Below, piece by piece: positions 7,246 to 15,634 of a stretch of DNA of 30,068 bases. The notes under the pieces are model-generated. The model saw nothing but the letters and a program-made list of their open reading frames with translations. It made no database searches and was not told where the DNA came from. The stretch covers positions 1 through 30,068 of IMG/VR virus record IMGVR_UViG_3300034060_000102; one strand, 5' to 3'. The stretch is from a virus. Lineage: Duplodnaviria > Caudoviricetes. Positions within the stretch are counted from its first letter, which is position 1. Every line of letters starts with the position of its first letter. Made by a program: the position numbers and the translations under genes.

Positions 7246-7760
7246 CAAAACGCCAGACCGATTGGATTCGGATGTGCAAGAGCTTTGGAGCGAGTGATGA
7301 CCTTGCCCAAGAGCTTGTGCAGGAGATGTACGTCAGATTGTACAAATACGTTGATGATGCCGAGAAGATTATGTACAACGAGACGGAGGTAAACACCTTC
7401 TTTGTGTACGTTACGCTCCGCAATATGTACGCCACCTTGATGCGCCAACGGGCGCGTTTTGAATTTGTAGATGTGGACATCCTTGAGGAGTTTATCTACG
7501 AGGAGGCCAACGAAGATGCAGAGGTGCAACTAATCCAACTGTACGACAGGGTGTGGTCAACCCAAACTGACTGGCATTGGTACGACAAAAAGATATTTGC
7601 CTTGTACCACAACACCGATATGAGCATCCGTACTTTAGCGGATGAAACCAAGATTTCAGCACGATCAATTTTCAACACACTAAAAAATGCAAGAGAGCGA
7701 ATCCAAGAAGACTGCCAAGACACCTACGAAGCGTACAAAGAAGCCAAGCGGCTTGGGTGA
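7224..7760 (+). CDS. ECF-type (sigma70 group 4) RNA polymerase sigma factor
   Basis: Region 2 AQELVQEMYVRL..FFVYVTLRNMY; region 4 HTH MSIRTLADETKISARSIFNTLKNARERI. Confidence 0.8.
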   Translation: MGLLAVLAKRQTDWIRMCKSFGASDDLAQELVQEMYVRLYKYVDDAEKIMYNETEVNTFFVYVTLRNMYATLMRQRARFEFVDVDILEEFIYEEANEDAEVQLIQLYDRVWSTQTDWHWYDKKIFALYHNTDMSIRTLADETKISARSIFNTLKNARERIQEDCQDTYEAYKEAKRLG

Positions 7761-8091
7761 TACCATTGAGCAAATCACAACTGCCACAGGCATCAAGGCT
7801 GCGGTGGATTGGTTTAGCGAAGCAACAGGAGTTGACTGCGGTTGTGATGCGCGTAAGGAGAAGCTGAACAAGCTATTTCGTTACAGGAAGCCAGAGTGCT
7901 TGACCAAAGAAGAATACGAGTTTGTTGGCAAGATGCGAGGCAGGAACACCGTGACTGCGTTTGAGCAAACGGAAGTGAATAAAATCTACAACCGAGTCTT
8001 TAAGGATTCCGTTCAGCCTACAAGCTGCGGCTCTTGCCTTCGTGGTAGATTGCAGGAGCTTGAGACACTATACAACGCTTATGTCAGTTAG
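7687..8091 (+). CDS. Hypothetical Cys-motif protein
   Basis: GLGDTIEQIT.ATGIK, DCGCDARKEKLN, SCGSC. Confidence 0.75.
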   Translation: MQESESKKTAKTPTKRTKKPSGLGDTIEQITTATGIKAAVDWFSEATGVDCGCDARKEKLNKLFRYRKPECLTKEEYEFVGKMRGRNTVTAFEQTEVNKIYNRVFKDSVQPTSCGSCLRGRLQELETLYNAYVS

Positions 8092-8587
8092 TAACGAGCG
8101 AAGGGTGTACTCCAATCAAGTTGGTGACATTACTGCCAAGAGGTTTGTAGAGGCTTGCGAGGCCATAGGCTACTCCTGTGAGAAGTCTGACCGCAACACC
8201 GACATCTACGATCACATTGACTACTTCGTTACACGGCTAAACGGAACGACATCCGTAGACGTAAAAGGAGGTAACCATCCCAACACTATCTGGGTAGAGT
8301 TTAAAAATGTAAAAGGAGATAACGGATGGATGTACGGCAAAGCCGAATACATTGCATTTGATATGCCAGAGCTTGGAGGTTTTGTGATGGTAAGAACGCA
8401 GGAACTTGCACGACTATGTGAGGAGATTGTAGAGCCTGTGTTTGTGACAAAGCAAGATGCTACAAGAAAATACTACCAAAGAGAAGGCAGAGAGGATGTG
8501 ATAAGCAGACTTGAGTTGCCAGACATTCAAAGATTAGTTTCATTCAAAGTTTTAACCTATGCCAATCCCTCAACCCAAAAGTGGTGA
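8081..8587 (+). CDS. Putative PD-(D/E)XK nuclease-fold protein
   Basis: HIDY...SVDVKG...IWVEFKN..GWMYG.AEYIAF. Confidence 0.55.
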   Translation: MSVSNERRVYSNQVGDITAKRFVEACEAIGYSCEKSDRNTDIYDHIDYFVTRLNGTTSVDVKGGNHPNTIWVEFKNVKGDNGWMYGKAEYIAFDMPELGGFVMVRTQELARLCEEIVEPVFVTKQDATRKYYQREGREDVISRLELPDIQRLVSFKVLTYANPSTQKW

Positions 8588-8696
8588 AAAGCAATCCGAA
8601 TACATCCAACGCTGCTTGGAGGCCATCGGAAGCGAGTACCCAGACAAAGAGCAAGCGGTAGCAGTTTGCTACACGCAATTCAGAGAGGGCAAGTAG
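8559..8696 (+). CDS. Small protein (45 aa, not in ORF track)
   Basis: MPIPQPKSGEKQSEYIQRCLEAIGSEYPDKEQAVAVCYTQFREGK; ends at a terminator. Confidence 0.7.
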   Translation: MPIPQPKSGEKQSEYIQRCLEAIGSEYPDKEQAVAVCYTQFREGK

Positions 8697-8709
8697 TCCT
8701 CTTTTTTTT
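8682..8709 (+). terminator. Rho-independent terminator
   Basis: GAGGGC-AAGTA-GTCCTC followed by T8. Confidence 0.75.
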
Positions 8710-8718
8710 GTTGCATTG

Positions 8719-8748
8719 TTGGTAATTAAATAATTTGTTATATATTTG
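8719..8748 (+). promoter_or_regulatory. Bacteroidota-type sigma70 promoter (TTG-N19-TATATTTG)
   Basis: TATATTTG 8741-8748 directly after the terminator. Confidence 0.7.
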
Positions 8749-8771
8749 ACAAACATTTAATACCAATCAGA

Positions 8772-8864
8772 ATGAAACTACTACTTAAAAACACGGCTTA
8801 CTTCTGCGCTCTTGCGTTGACGTTTTGGGCATACCTATGGACTCTTGAACTTCTTGGGATATGA
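8772..8864 (+). CDS. 30-aa single-TM peptide (not in ORF track)
   Basis: MKLLLKNTAYFCALALTFWAYLWTLELLGI; leader motif upstream, ATGA overlap downstream. Confidence 0.65.
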   Translation: MKLLLKNTAYFCALALTFWAYLWTLELLGI

Positions 8865-9187
8865 TATTCACATACAACGACCTAAAGTTTTGGCTCGAAG
8901 ATGCTGACCTTTTGCCACAGTCTTATTGGGATGCCCTTGAGGACTACGACCCCGACAATAAGAACTCCGATGAGATCCTTGCAAAGTTTCTTGGCTACGT
9001 TCACGTCGCTGACTTCTACAACTACGAGATGGACATCACCTACGTTGAGGAGTCGTATAACGAGGATGGCTACACCAATACCGTAGCATACCCCACCACA
9101 TCCATTTATGGAGAAGCCCCAAAGCTTGCCGATGACATCTACGCCAAGTGGTTGAATTGGGCAACAACCGTAGCATCAGAAGAATAA
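8861..9187 (+). CDS. Hypothetical very acidic early protein
   Basis: 108 aa, D/E/Y-rich. Confidence 0.75.
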   Translation: MIFTYNDLKFWLEDADLLPQSYWDALEDYDPDNKNSDEILAKFLGYVHVADFYNYEMDITYVEESYNEDGYTNTVAYPTTSIYGEAPKLADDIYAKWLNWATTVASEE

Positions 9188-9201
9188 TTAAAACCAATCA
9201 A

Positions 9202-9375
9202 ATGAAATATCAAACTATATCCCAACTACTCCGAGACCTTAAGTCGGTGGACATATCTGAATCAATCCTCAAAGACATTGAAAACATTGAGAAGATTACC
9301 TTGCGTATGGCTTACCACGATGCGTTAATTCGCGTGCCTTTTGAAGAATGGTACGAATCAACATTTAAGAAATGA
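9202..9375 (+). CDS. Hypothetical protein (57 aa)
   Basis: ATG 9202 after the leader motif; ATGA coupled to the methyltransferase. Confidence 0.7.
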   Translation: MKYQTISQLLRDLKSVDISESILKDIENIEKITLRMAYHDALIRVPFEEWYESTFKK

Positions 9376-10775
9376 AGATTAACCACCTTGATTTGTTTAG
9401 TGGGATAGGTGGATTCCATTTAGGCTTTGAGAGAGCAGGATATGAAATAACATCCTACTTCTCGGAGATAGACAAACACGCAGTCGCAGTTTACAAACAT
9501 CAATTCCCAACCTCAACCTATGTCGGATCAGTTACAGATGTTCGAGGAGCAGACCTCCCCAACATCAACCTCATCACTTTTGGAAGTCCTTGCCAAGATT
9601 TCTCATTGGCAGGAAAACGAAAGGGGATGGAAGGACAAAGAAGTTCTCTTGTCCTCGAAGCAATCCGTCTTATTAGCGAATGCCGACCAAGTGTATTTGT
9701 GTGGGAAAATGTTAAAGGGACATTCTCCTCAAATGATGGCGCAGACTTTTGGGCGATTATCCAAGCCTTTACCAACATTGGGGGTTATAGACTTGAATGG
9801 CAACTGCTTAATACAAGTTGGTTTCTACCCCAAAATAGAGAGCGCATATACCTTGTCGGATATTCTACAACCACAAGTGGGCGAGGAGTATTTCCTATCG
9901 GAGAAGAGACTGGAAAGTTTAGTCAGATTAAACAAACCGCAAGCCTCACAGGAGGCCAGCTCGGAAGAGTTTTAGACCCTCAAGGCATTGGTTATGCGCT
10001 ATCGGCTTGTGACTATAAATGCCCAATGAAGGTTGAGATAAAACAAATCGGAACTAAACTTGATTCTAATGGTGGCACTCAACCCTATCAGCAAGACCGA
10101 GTGTACGATGCTGATGGTATTGTGCCTGCTCTTAATCAAGGAAAGAGTGATTTGATTGTTGCTATGCGCGGAAGATATAATGAAGACGGAAGTACAAGTC
10201 AACGACTTGAATTAAATACTTCTGGTAAATCAAATACACTTACCGCAGTCCAAAAGGATAATATGCTTATTCAAGTAAAATCAGCCACAAGTTCGGGTTA
10301 CGAAGAAGCAACAATCGGTGATACCATTAATCTTGCTCAACCCAATAGCGAAACTCGCAGGGGTCGTGTGGGCAAACAAAAAGCCCAAACACTTGAAACG
10401 AGTTGCAATCAAGCCGTAGTTCATCCTAATTATTCAAGCAAAGCTCTAAACGAAACGATAGAGAACAGTGACTTGGTAGAAGGTGAACCACAAGCACTTG
10501 ACTTGTACAATCGTGTAGCGAGAAACGAGTCACCAACATTAACTGAACCGCACCACAATTCACTACGAATGTTTGATGGCTATCGCATACGTAGGCTTAC
10601 CCCTATTGAGTGCGAGAGACTGCAAGGCTTCCCCGATCAACATACGGCTTATGGCAATTATGATGGAGAAGTCAAACCTATGAGCAACTCCCAACGCTAC
10701 AAGCAATGCGGTAACGCAGTAACAGTTGACGTAGTTGCAGCAGTCGCTAAAAAATGCATACCTTTATTTAATTAA
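9372..10775 (+). CDS. dcm: DNA (cytosine-5)-methyltransferase with long variable region
   Basis: Motif I DLFSGIGG, IV GSPCQDFS, VI ENVKG, VIII QNRERIY, IX RRLTPIECERLQGFP, X YKQCGNAV. Confidence 0.95.
   Translation: MKINHLDLFSGIGGFHLGFERAGYEITSYFSEIDKHAVAVYKHQFPTSTYVGSVTDVRGADLPNINLITFGSPCQDFSLAGKRKGMEGQRSSLVLEAIRLISECRPSVFVWENVKGTFSSNDGADFWAIIQAFTNIGGYRLEWQLLNTSWFLPQNRERIYLVGYSTTTSGRGVFPIGEETGKFSQIKQTASLTGGQLGRVLDPQGIGYALSACDYKCPMKVEIKQIGTKLDSNGGTQPYQQDRVYDADGIVPALNQGKSDLIVAMRGRYNEDGSTSQRLELNTSGKSNTLTAVQKDNMLIQVKSATSSGYEEATIGDTINLAQPNSETRRGRVGKQKAQTLETSCNQAVVHPNYSSKALNETIENSDLVEGEPQALDLYNRVARNESPTLTEPHHNSLRMFDGYRIRRLTPIECERLQGFPDQHTAYGNYDGEVKPMSNSQRYKQCGNAVTVDVVAAVAKKCIPLFN
9520..9975 (+). 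CDS. Nested alternative-frame ORF resembling the M.EcoHK31I beta polypeptide
   Basis: 151-aa +1-frame ORF inside the methyltransferase gene containing TLSDILQPQVGEEYFLSEK. Confidence 0.6.
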   Translation: MSDQLQMFEEQTSPTSTSSLLEVLAKISHWQENERGWKDKEVLLSSKQSVLLANADQVYLCGKMLKGHSPQMMAQTFGRLSKPLPTLGVIDLNGNCLIQVGFYPKIESAYTLSDILQPQVGEEYFLSEKRLESLVRLNKPQASQEASSEEF

Positions 10776-10788
10776 CAAAACCAATCTT

Positions 10789-11559
10789 ATGAAAATTATA
10801 GAACTTTTAGACGGCAGCACTTGGGATATGGAGACAATCCTTGAGAAGATGCACGATGACCAATTTTACTACGGAGTACTGGGCAAGAACGCCCTATCCT
10901 CATCTGCTTGCAAGCTGCTGCTGACATCACCAAAGACGTACCATTACGTTACGAAGTACGGCAGCGAGGAGTCTGATGCGTTTGCAGTAGGCAGGCTCGT
11001 TCACCTTATGGCTCTTGAGCCGCACCGAGTAGCGGACTACGAGGTGATAGAAGTACAGAGCAAGAACGCAAAGGCGTGGCAGGATGCGAAGGGCAAGCGC
11101 AACCTTTGTACCCGTAAGGAGTACAACGAGGCACAACGAATATCTGATGCGCTCCTGCGTAACGAGAACGTGCTAGGGCTGCTAACTGGCTGCGAGTTTG
11201 AAGTACCAAAGATTGGTATGATTGGCGGACTGCCCTTTAGGGCGAAGGCTGATATCTATGCTGAAGGGTTTTTGGCTGATTTGAAAACAACAACCGACCT
11301 TCGAGCATTCCCCTACTCTGCCAAAAAGTACGGCTACGATGTGCAGGCGTTCATCTACACCCGACTATTCGGAGTGCCGATTGATAAGTTTTTCTTTATC
11401 GCTATTGACAAAGCAAGCCTTGACATAGGAATCTACTCGGTGAGTCCAGAGTTTGTGGCAGAGGGAGAACGCAAGACCCTTGAGGCTATTGAAATGTACA
11501 AGCAGTTTTTCATCTTGGGTGAGGACTTGGATTCGTACACAGTTGTTGGCACGTTATGA
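10789..11559 (+). CDS. RecE/exonuclease VIII-like PD-(D/E)XK nuclease (DUF3799 type)
   Basis: LSSS..KLLL.SP, GRLVH..ALEP, RAKAD, ADLKTT, YGYDVQAFIY. Confidence 0.85.
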   Translation: MKIIELLDGSTWDMETILEKMHDDQFYYGVLGKNALSSSACKLLLTSPKTYHYVTKYGSEESDAFAVGRLVHLMALEPHRVADYEVIEVQSKNAKAWQDAKGKRNLCTRKEYNEAQRISDALLRNENVLGLLTGCEFEVPKIGMIGGLPFRAKADIYAEGFLADLKTTTDLRAFPYSAKKYGYDVQAFIYTRLFGVPIDKFFFIAIDKASLDIGIYSVSPEFVAEGERKTLEAIEMYKQFFILGEDLDSYTVVGTL

Positions 11560-11708
11560 CCGACATCACCAAATGCACAGGCGAAGGATGCCCACTCAAA
11601 GAAACCTGCTATCGCTTTACTGCTGAGACGGGAATGTACCAATCGTTCTTCTTTGGCGTACCTATCAAGAACGGGCAATGTGAATACCATTGGAAAACCA
11701 ACCTTTAA
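11556..11708 (+). CDS. Small Cys-rich protein (50 aa, not in ORF track)
   Basis: MTDITKCTGEGCPLKETCYRFTAETGMYQSFFFGVPIKNGQCEYHWKTNL; ATGA coupling; four Cys. Confidence 0.75.
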   Translation: MTDITKCTGEGCPLKETCYRFTAETGMYQSFFFGVPIKNGQCEYHWKTNL

Positions 11709-11758
11709 CATAAAATCAATCGTTGCATTTTTTGCAACACCTCAAACACCAACGAGAA

Positions 11759-11914
11759 ATGCAAGACCAATTTATGAGGATAGCGATGGCAAGGCTCCGT
11801 AGCACCTACCCCTTCAAGCCCCAACGCAGAGCAGTAGCTGCTCGTATGTGGGTAAAGTATTTAGACCGCAAAGCGATGGCGCAATGGTTCAAAGACCAAG
11901 AGGCGAATGTATGA
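11759..11914 (+). CDS. Hypothetical basic protein
   Basis: ATG 11759 (or TTG 11723); ATGA coupled to the glycosyltransferase. Confidence 0.65.
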   Translation: MQDQFMRIAMARLRSTYPFKPQRRAVAARMWVKYLDRKAMAQWFKDQEANV

Positions 11915-12849
11915 TTAGACCCTTTGTACTTGCGTTCCACAAGCAGAACTCGGGTGTATCGCACCACAGGACATTTGCACCCTTGATATGCCACAAGGAT
12001 GTAGATGTTTTTTTCATTGAAAAGATTACTGACATTGATCCAGAGATATGGCCGAAGGTTACTCACATCTTTGCCTCAAGAGTATTTCCTGTCGAGCCAT
12101 TTGATGACTTTGTAAAGCTCTGCCGTAAGGAGGGTATCAAGCTAATCGTTGACAATGATGACTGGTGGGTGCTACCCCCTACGCATCCTTTGCTTGGGAT
12201 TTACTCGGAGCAGATGAGAGAGCGCATCGTGCGATCTATGAAAGCTGCTGATGAGGTATGGGTGACAAACAAGCATCTTGCCTCAAAGGTCAAGAAGTAT
12301 AATACCAACATCCGAATCATCCCCAATGCCATCAGCGTACCAACGTGGCAGGTAGAGAGAGAGCCAAGCGATGAAGTGCGCTTCGGGTATATAGGAGGCA
12401 ACCACCACGCACTAGACGTAAGGGAGTCCACAATCAATCTTGAAGGGTATCAAAGCTATGTCGCAGAGGTGGATGGATACCCAGACATTATGAAGGCAAG
12501 CCATAGGCTGCCTACGATGCCACCAACACACTACCACAAGCTCTACAATTACTTTGACGTGAGCCTTGTGCCTTTAACAACATCCGAGTTTGCCAAGTGC
12601 AAGTCGCACCTAAAGATGTTGGAGGCTGGATTTAGTAAGTGCGCTATGATAGTGAGCAACACACAACCCTATTCACCTTATATCACAAAGGATAATTGCA
12701 TTGCCATTAAGCACCCAAGCGAATGGGCAGGAGCAATCAAGAGGCTAAGTGAAAACCCCAACCAAGTGGCTGACCTAACGGAATCGTTATACGAGTATGT
12801 GCAGGACTTCACGATGGATAAGATAAACGAACTGCGATGCTTTATATAG
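11911..12849 (+). CDS. Glycosyltransferase, GT-B fold (GT4-like)
   Basis: VDNDD, ADEVWV, IPNAI, FDVSLVPL..SEFAKCKSHLKMLEAG. Confidence 0.82.
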   Translation: MIRPFVLAFHKQNSGVSHHRTFAPLICHKDVDVFFIEKITDIDPEIWPKVTHIFASRVFPVEPFDDFVKLCRKEGIKLIVDNDDWWVLPPTHPLLGIYSEQMRERIVRSMKAADEVWVTNKHLASKVKKYNTNIRIIPNAISVPTWQVEREPSDEVRFGYIGGNHHALDVRESTINLEGYQSYVAEVDGYPDIMKASHRLPTMPPTHYHKLYNYFDVSLVPLTTSEFAKCKSHLKMLEAGFSKCAMIVSNTQPYSPYITKDNCIAIKHPSEWAGAIKRLSENPNQVADLTESLYEYVQDFTMDKINELRCFI

Positions 12850-13364
12850 TTACCCCCTGCTCCCGCCCCGAGAACCTACGGAGGGTAAAGAGAAACATCC
12901 CTGCGTATGCAACGTGGGTGGTGATGATGGATGCTGCTACCAATTACAAGGGAGCAACAAGCGCATCAATCACACATTACTCCACACGCACGGGGGATAT
13001 GGGCAACCCCTTACGCAATGAGTTCCTTGAGTTGTACGCTGACTCCTTTACTCCAGAGGACTGGGTCTACTTCCTAGATGATGACAATACCCTGCACCCA
13101 AAGTTCCTCACGGAATGGAACAACTTAAACTCCCTTGACTGCTCCATCGTAACGTGGGGTCAAGAGGGAAGGCTCCGCCCTACCGACCAACCAAGAGTCG
13201 GCAACATAGACACCGCCTGCTATATGTTCAAACCCCACGACCTGCCCAACCTACGCTTTGAAATGACGTATGAGGCAGACGGTACCTTTGCAAGTGAAGC
13301 CGCAAGGCTCGGCACACTTATCTGCGTGGAGCAGTACCTTTGTTATTACAACGCATTACGATGA
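12837..13364 (+). CDS. Glycosyltransferase, GT-A fold (GT2/GT43-like)
   Basis: YIVTP.SR, LRN, WVYFLDDDN (DxD), NIDTA. Confidence 0.8.
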   Translation: MLYIVTPCSRPENLRRVKRNIPAYATWVVMMDAATNYKGATSASITHYSTRTGDMGNPLRNEFLELYADSFTPEDWVYFLDDDNTLHPKFLTEWNNLNSLDCSIVTWGQEGRLRPTDQPRVGNIDTACYMFKPHDLPNLRFEMTYEADGTFASEAARLGTLICVEQYLCYYNALR

Positions 13365-13888
13365 AAGCTTCAAAAGACATAGAAGGGTGGTTCAACCACC
13401 AAGCAGCATACGACTACCTCCTTGCCAATATGCCAGAAGACGGCACGTTCGTAGAGTTGGGTGCGTGGCTCGGTAAGTCATCAGCCTACCTATGCGACAA
13501 AGCAACACACCAAAACATCACAATCATTGATTCTTGGAAGGGTTCACCAAACGAACTAACCACCACCCACAAGCTCGCAACGGAGGTAGACATCTACGAC
13601 CTGTTCGTTGATAATATGGGTGAGCGCAAGTACAATGTAATCAAAGGAGAATCCAAAGTAGCTGCAAAAATGTTTCTCGACGAATCGTTAGACGTGGTGT
13701 TTATAGACCTAACCCATACCTATGAGGCGGTAAAGGAGGATATCAAGCTATGGCTACCTAAAGTCAAGAAGGGAGGCTTCATCGCAGGAGATGACTACCA
13801 CGAGAATTGGAAGGGAGTAATCCAAGCCGTTGATGAGCTGCTGCCACACGCTACGTTCATTGATGACTGTTGGATTTACCAAAGGTGA
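13361..13888 (+). CDS. Class I SAM-dependent methyltransferase (Methyltransf_24-like)
   Basis: VELGAWLGKS, IDSW, DVVFID.THTYEAVKEDI..W...KKGG.IAGDDY. Confidence 0.88.
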   Translation: MKASKDIEGWFNHQAAYDYLLANMPEDGTFVELGAWLGKSSAYLCDKATHQNITIIDSWKGSPNELTTTHKLATEVDIYDLFVDNMGERKYNVIKGESKVAAKMFLDESLDVVFIDLTHTYEAVKEDIKLWLPKVKKGGFIAGDDYHENWKGVIQAVDELLPHATFIDDCWIYQR

Positions 13889-14145
13889 AGAACCACACAA
13901 AGGTCTACCTCAAAGGGATGGGCTATGCAACCAGTGACTGGATAGGCTGCGAAGTCTGTGGAGGTACTGCCGTAGACATCCACCACATAGAATCTCGTGG
14001 GATGGGTGGAAGCAAAATTGCTGATACCATAGAAAACCTAATGGCTCTATGCCGAAATTGCCACGTTGCATACGGCGATATCAAGCAATGGAAGGAGCGA
14101 CTTCAAGCAACACACAATCACCACCTCGCAAAAAGGGTTATTTAG
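13885..14145 (+). CDS. HNH endonuclease (packaging-associated)
   Basis: CEVC, DIHH, NLMALCRNCH; directly before the terminases; GTG 13885 overlaps the upstream stop. Confidence 0.85.
   Translation: MKNHTKVYLKGMGYATSDWIGCEVCGGTAVDIHHIESRGMGGSKIADTIENLMALCRNCHVAYGDIKQWKERLQATHNHHLAKRVI
14131..14144 (+). promoter_or_regulatory. Candidate late promoter element AAAAGGGTTATTTA
   Basis: Near-copy of the motif at 15615 and 26365; upstream of terS. Confidence 0.45.
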
Positions 14146-14176
14146 ATAGAACCGAAAATAACGGAACTAAACGGAT

Positions 14177-14476
14177 ATGAAAGACGACAAAGGAAGATTC
14201 ATCGCAGGCAACACAGGAAGGCCAAGCGGAACACCAAACAAGACCACCAATAAAATACGAGAGGCATTCCAAACCCTCATAGAAGCCAACCTTGAGAATA
14301 TGACCCTATGGCTCACGCAGGTAGCAGCAGACGATCCAAAGGGCGCACTTGACCTGTTGAACAAGATGGCGGAGTACACGACTCCCAAACTCGCAAGGGT
14401 GGAGAACTCACACGAAGTATCGGATGAGCTAACCAAAATTAAAGTAGAGATTGTCCGAGCTAAACATCAAGAGTAG
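14177..14476 (+). CDS. terS: Terminase small subunit
   Basis: GRF..GN.GRP.GTPNK N-terminus; directly before terL. Confidence 0.7.
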   Translation: MKDDKGRFIAGNTGRPSGTPNKTTNKIREAFQTLIEANLENMTLWLTQVAADDPKGALDLLNKMAEYTTPKLARVENSHEVSDELTKIKVEIVRAKHQE

Positions 14477-15611
14477 CGAACTCTTTGAAAAGAACTACTC
14501 TGCCCAAACTCGGATAGTAGTCAATCAAGGCGGTAGCCGAAGCGGTAAGACCTACTCGCTTTTGCAGATGCTCATCGTTATGGCGATGGAGGATCGTGGC
14601 AAGGTGTACTCGATAGTACGCAAGTCTCTGCCGTCTCTGAAGATGACGGCCTATCGTGACTTCTTTGAAATCCTAAATGCGAACAATCTGTACGATGAAG
14701 CACGGCATAACAAGAGCGATTACACCTACGAGCTGAATGGCAACCTCTTTGAGTTCATCAGCCTTGACCAACCGCAGAAGAAACGGGGAGCAAGACGTGA
14801 CTACCTATTCTGCAACGAAGCCAACGAACTCACTTGGGAGGATTTCTTCCAGCTCTTGATTCGTACCACAGGCAAGATATGGGTTGACTACAACCCCTCT
14901 GATGCGTTCCATTGGATTTACGATAAGTTGCTGACTCGTGATGACGTTACCTACATCCAATCCACATACCTTGATAACCCGTTCTTGGATGCCTCAATCG
15001 TGGAGGAGATAGAGAGGTTGCAACATACGGACAATGACTATTGGAGAATCTACGGATTAGGAGAACGTGGGATGAGCAGAGCCACCATCTTCCAATACGG
15101 GCAGGCAGAGATACCATCTGATGCCACGCTCCTATGTCACGGGATGGACTTTGGCTACACCAACGACCCTACGGCACTTGTGGCGGTGTATAAGTCGGGG
15201 GACAATCTTTATGTAGATGAACTTATCTACCGCACGGGTATGACCAACCCTGATATCAGCAACGTGCTTGCCTCACTTGGGCTTGACCGAAGGGCAGAGA
15301 TATATGCTGACTCTGCTGAACCCAAATCTATCGAGGAGCTGCATCGTATGGGATGGAACGTGAAACCCACGCAGAAGGGCGCAGATAGCGTCATAGTGGG
15401 CATTGACGTGCTGAAGCGACACAAGCTATTCGTAACCCCACGAAGCAGCAACCTAATCAAGGAACTGCAAAACTACAAGTGGGTAGAAGACAAAAATGGA
15501 AACCTGCTTAATCGCCCCATCGATGCCTTCAATCACGCAATCGATGCGCTCAGATATGCGACCTACAACAAGCTAAGTAGACCTAACTTTGGCAGGTATG
15601 CCATACGCTAA
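14451..15611 (+). CDS. terL: Terminase large subunit (PBSX family)
   Basis: QGGSRSGKT, FCNEANE, DYNP, STYLDNPFL, GMDFGY.NDP, ADSAEP, NHAIDALRY. Confidence 0.96.
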   Translation: MSELNIKSSELFEKNYSAQTRIVVNQGGSRSGKTYSLLQMLIVMAMEDRGKVYSIVRKSLPSLKMTAYRDFFEILNANNLYDEARHNKSDYTYELNGNLFEFISLDQPQKKRGARRDYLFCNEANELTWEDFFQLLIRTTGKIWVDYNPSDAFHWIYDKLLTRDDVTYIQSTYLDNPFLDASIVEEIERLQHTDNDYWRIYGLGERGMSRATIFQYGQAEIPSDATLLCHGMDFGYTNDPTALVAVYKSGDNLYVDELIYRTGMTNPDISNVLASLGLDRRAEIYADSAEPKSIEELHRMGWNVKPTQKGADSVIVGIDVLKRHKLFVTPRSSNLIKELQNYKWVEDKNGNLLNRPIDAFNHAIDALRYATYNKLSRPNFGRYAIR

Positions 15612-15614
15612 AAA

Positions 15615-15627
15615 TAAAAGGTTATTT
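15615..15627 (+). promoter_or_regulatory. Candidate late promoter element TAAAAGGTTATTT
   Basis: Identical 13-mer at 26365-26377 with the same distance to ATG. Confidence 0.55.
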
Positions 15628-15634
15628 TAATACA

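Noticed and set aside
7807-7815. Second antisense copy of the leader motif (GATTGGTTT)
   Set aside because: It lies in coding sequence (D-W-F codons) with no hairpin or terminator context; probably chance.
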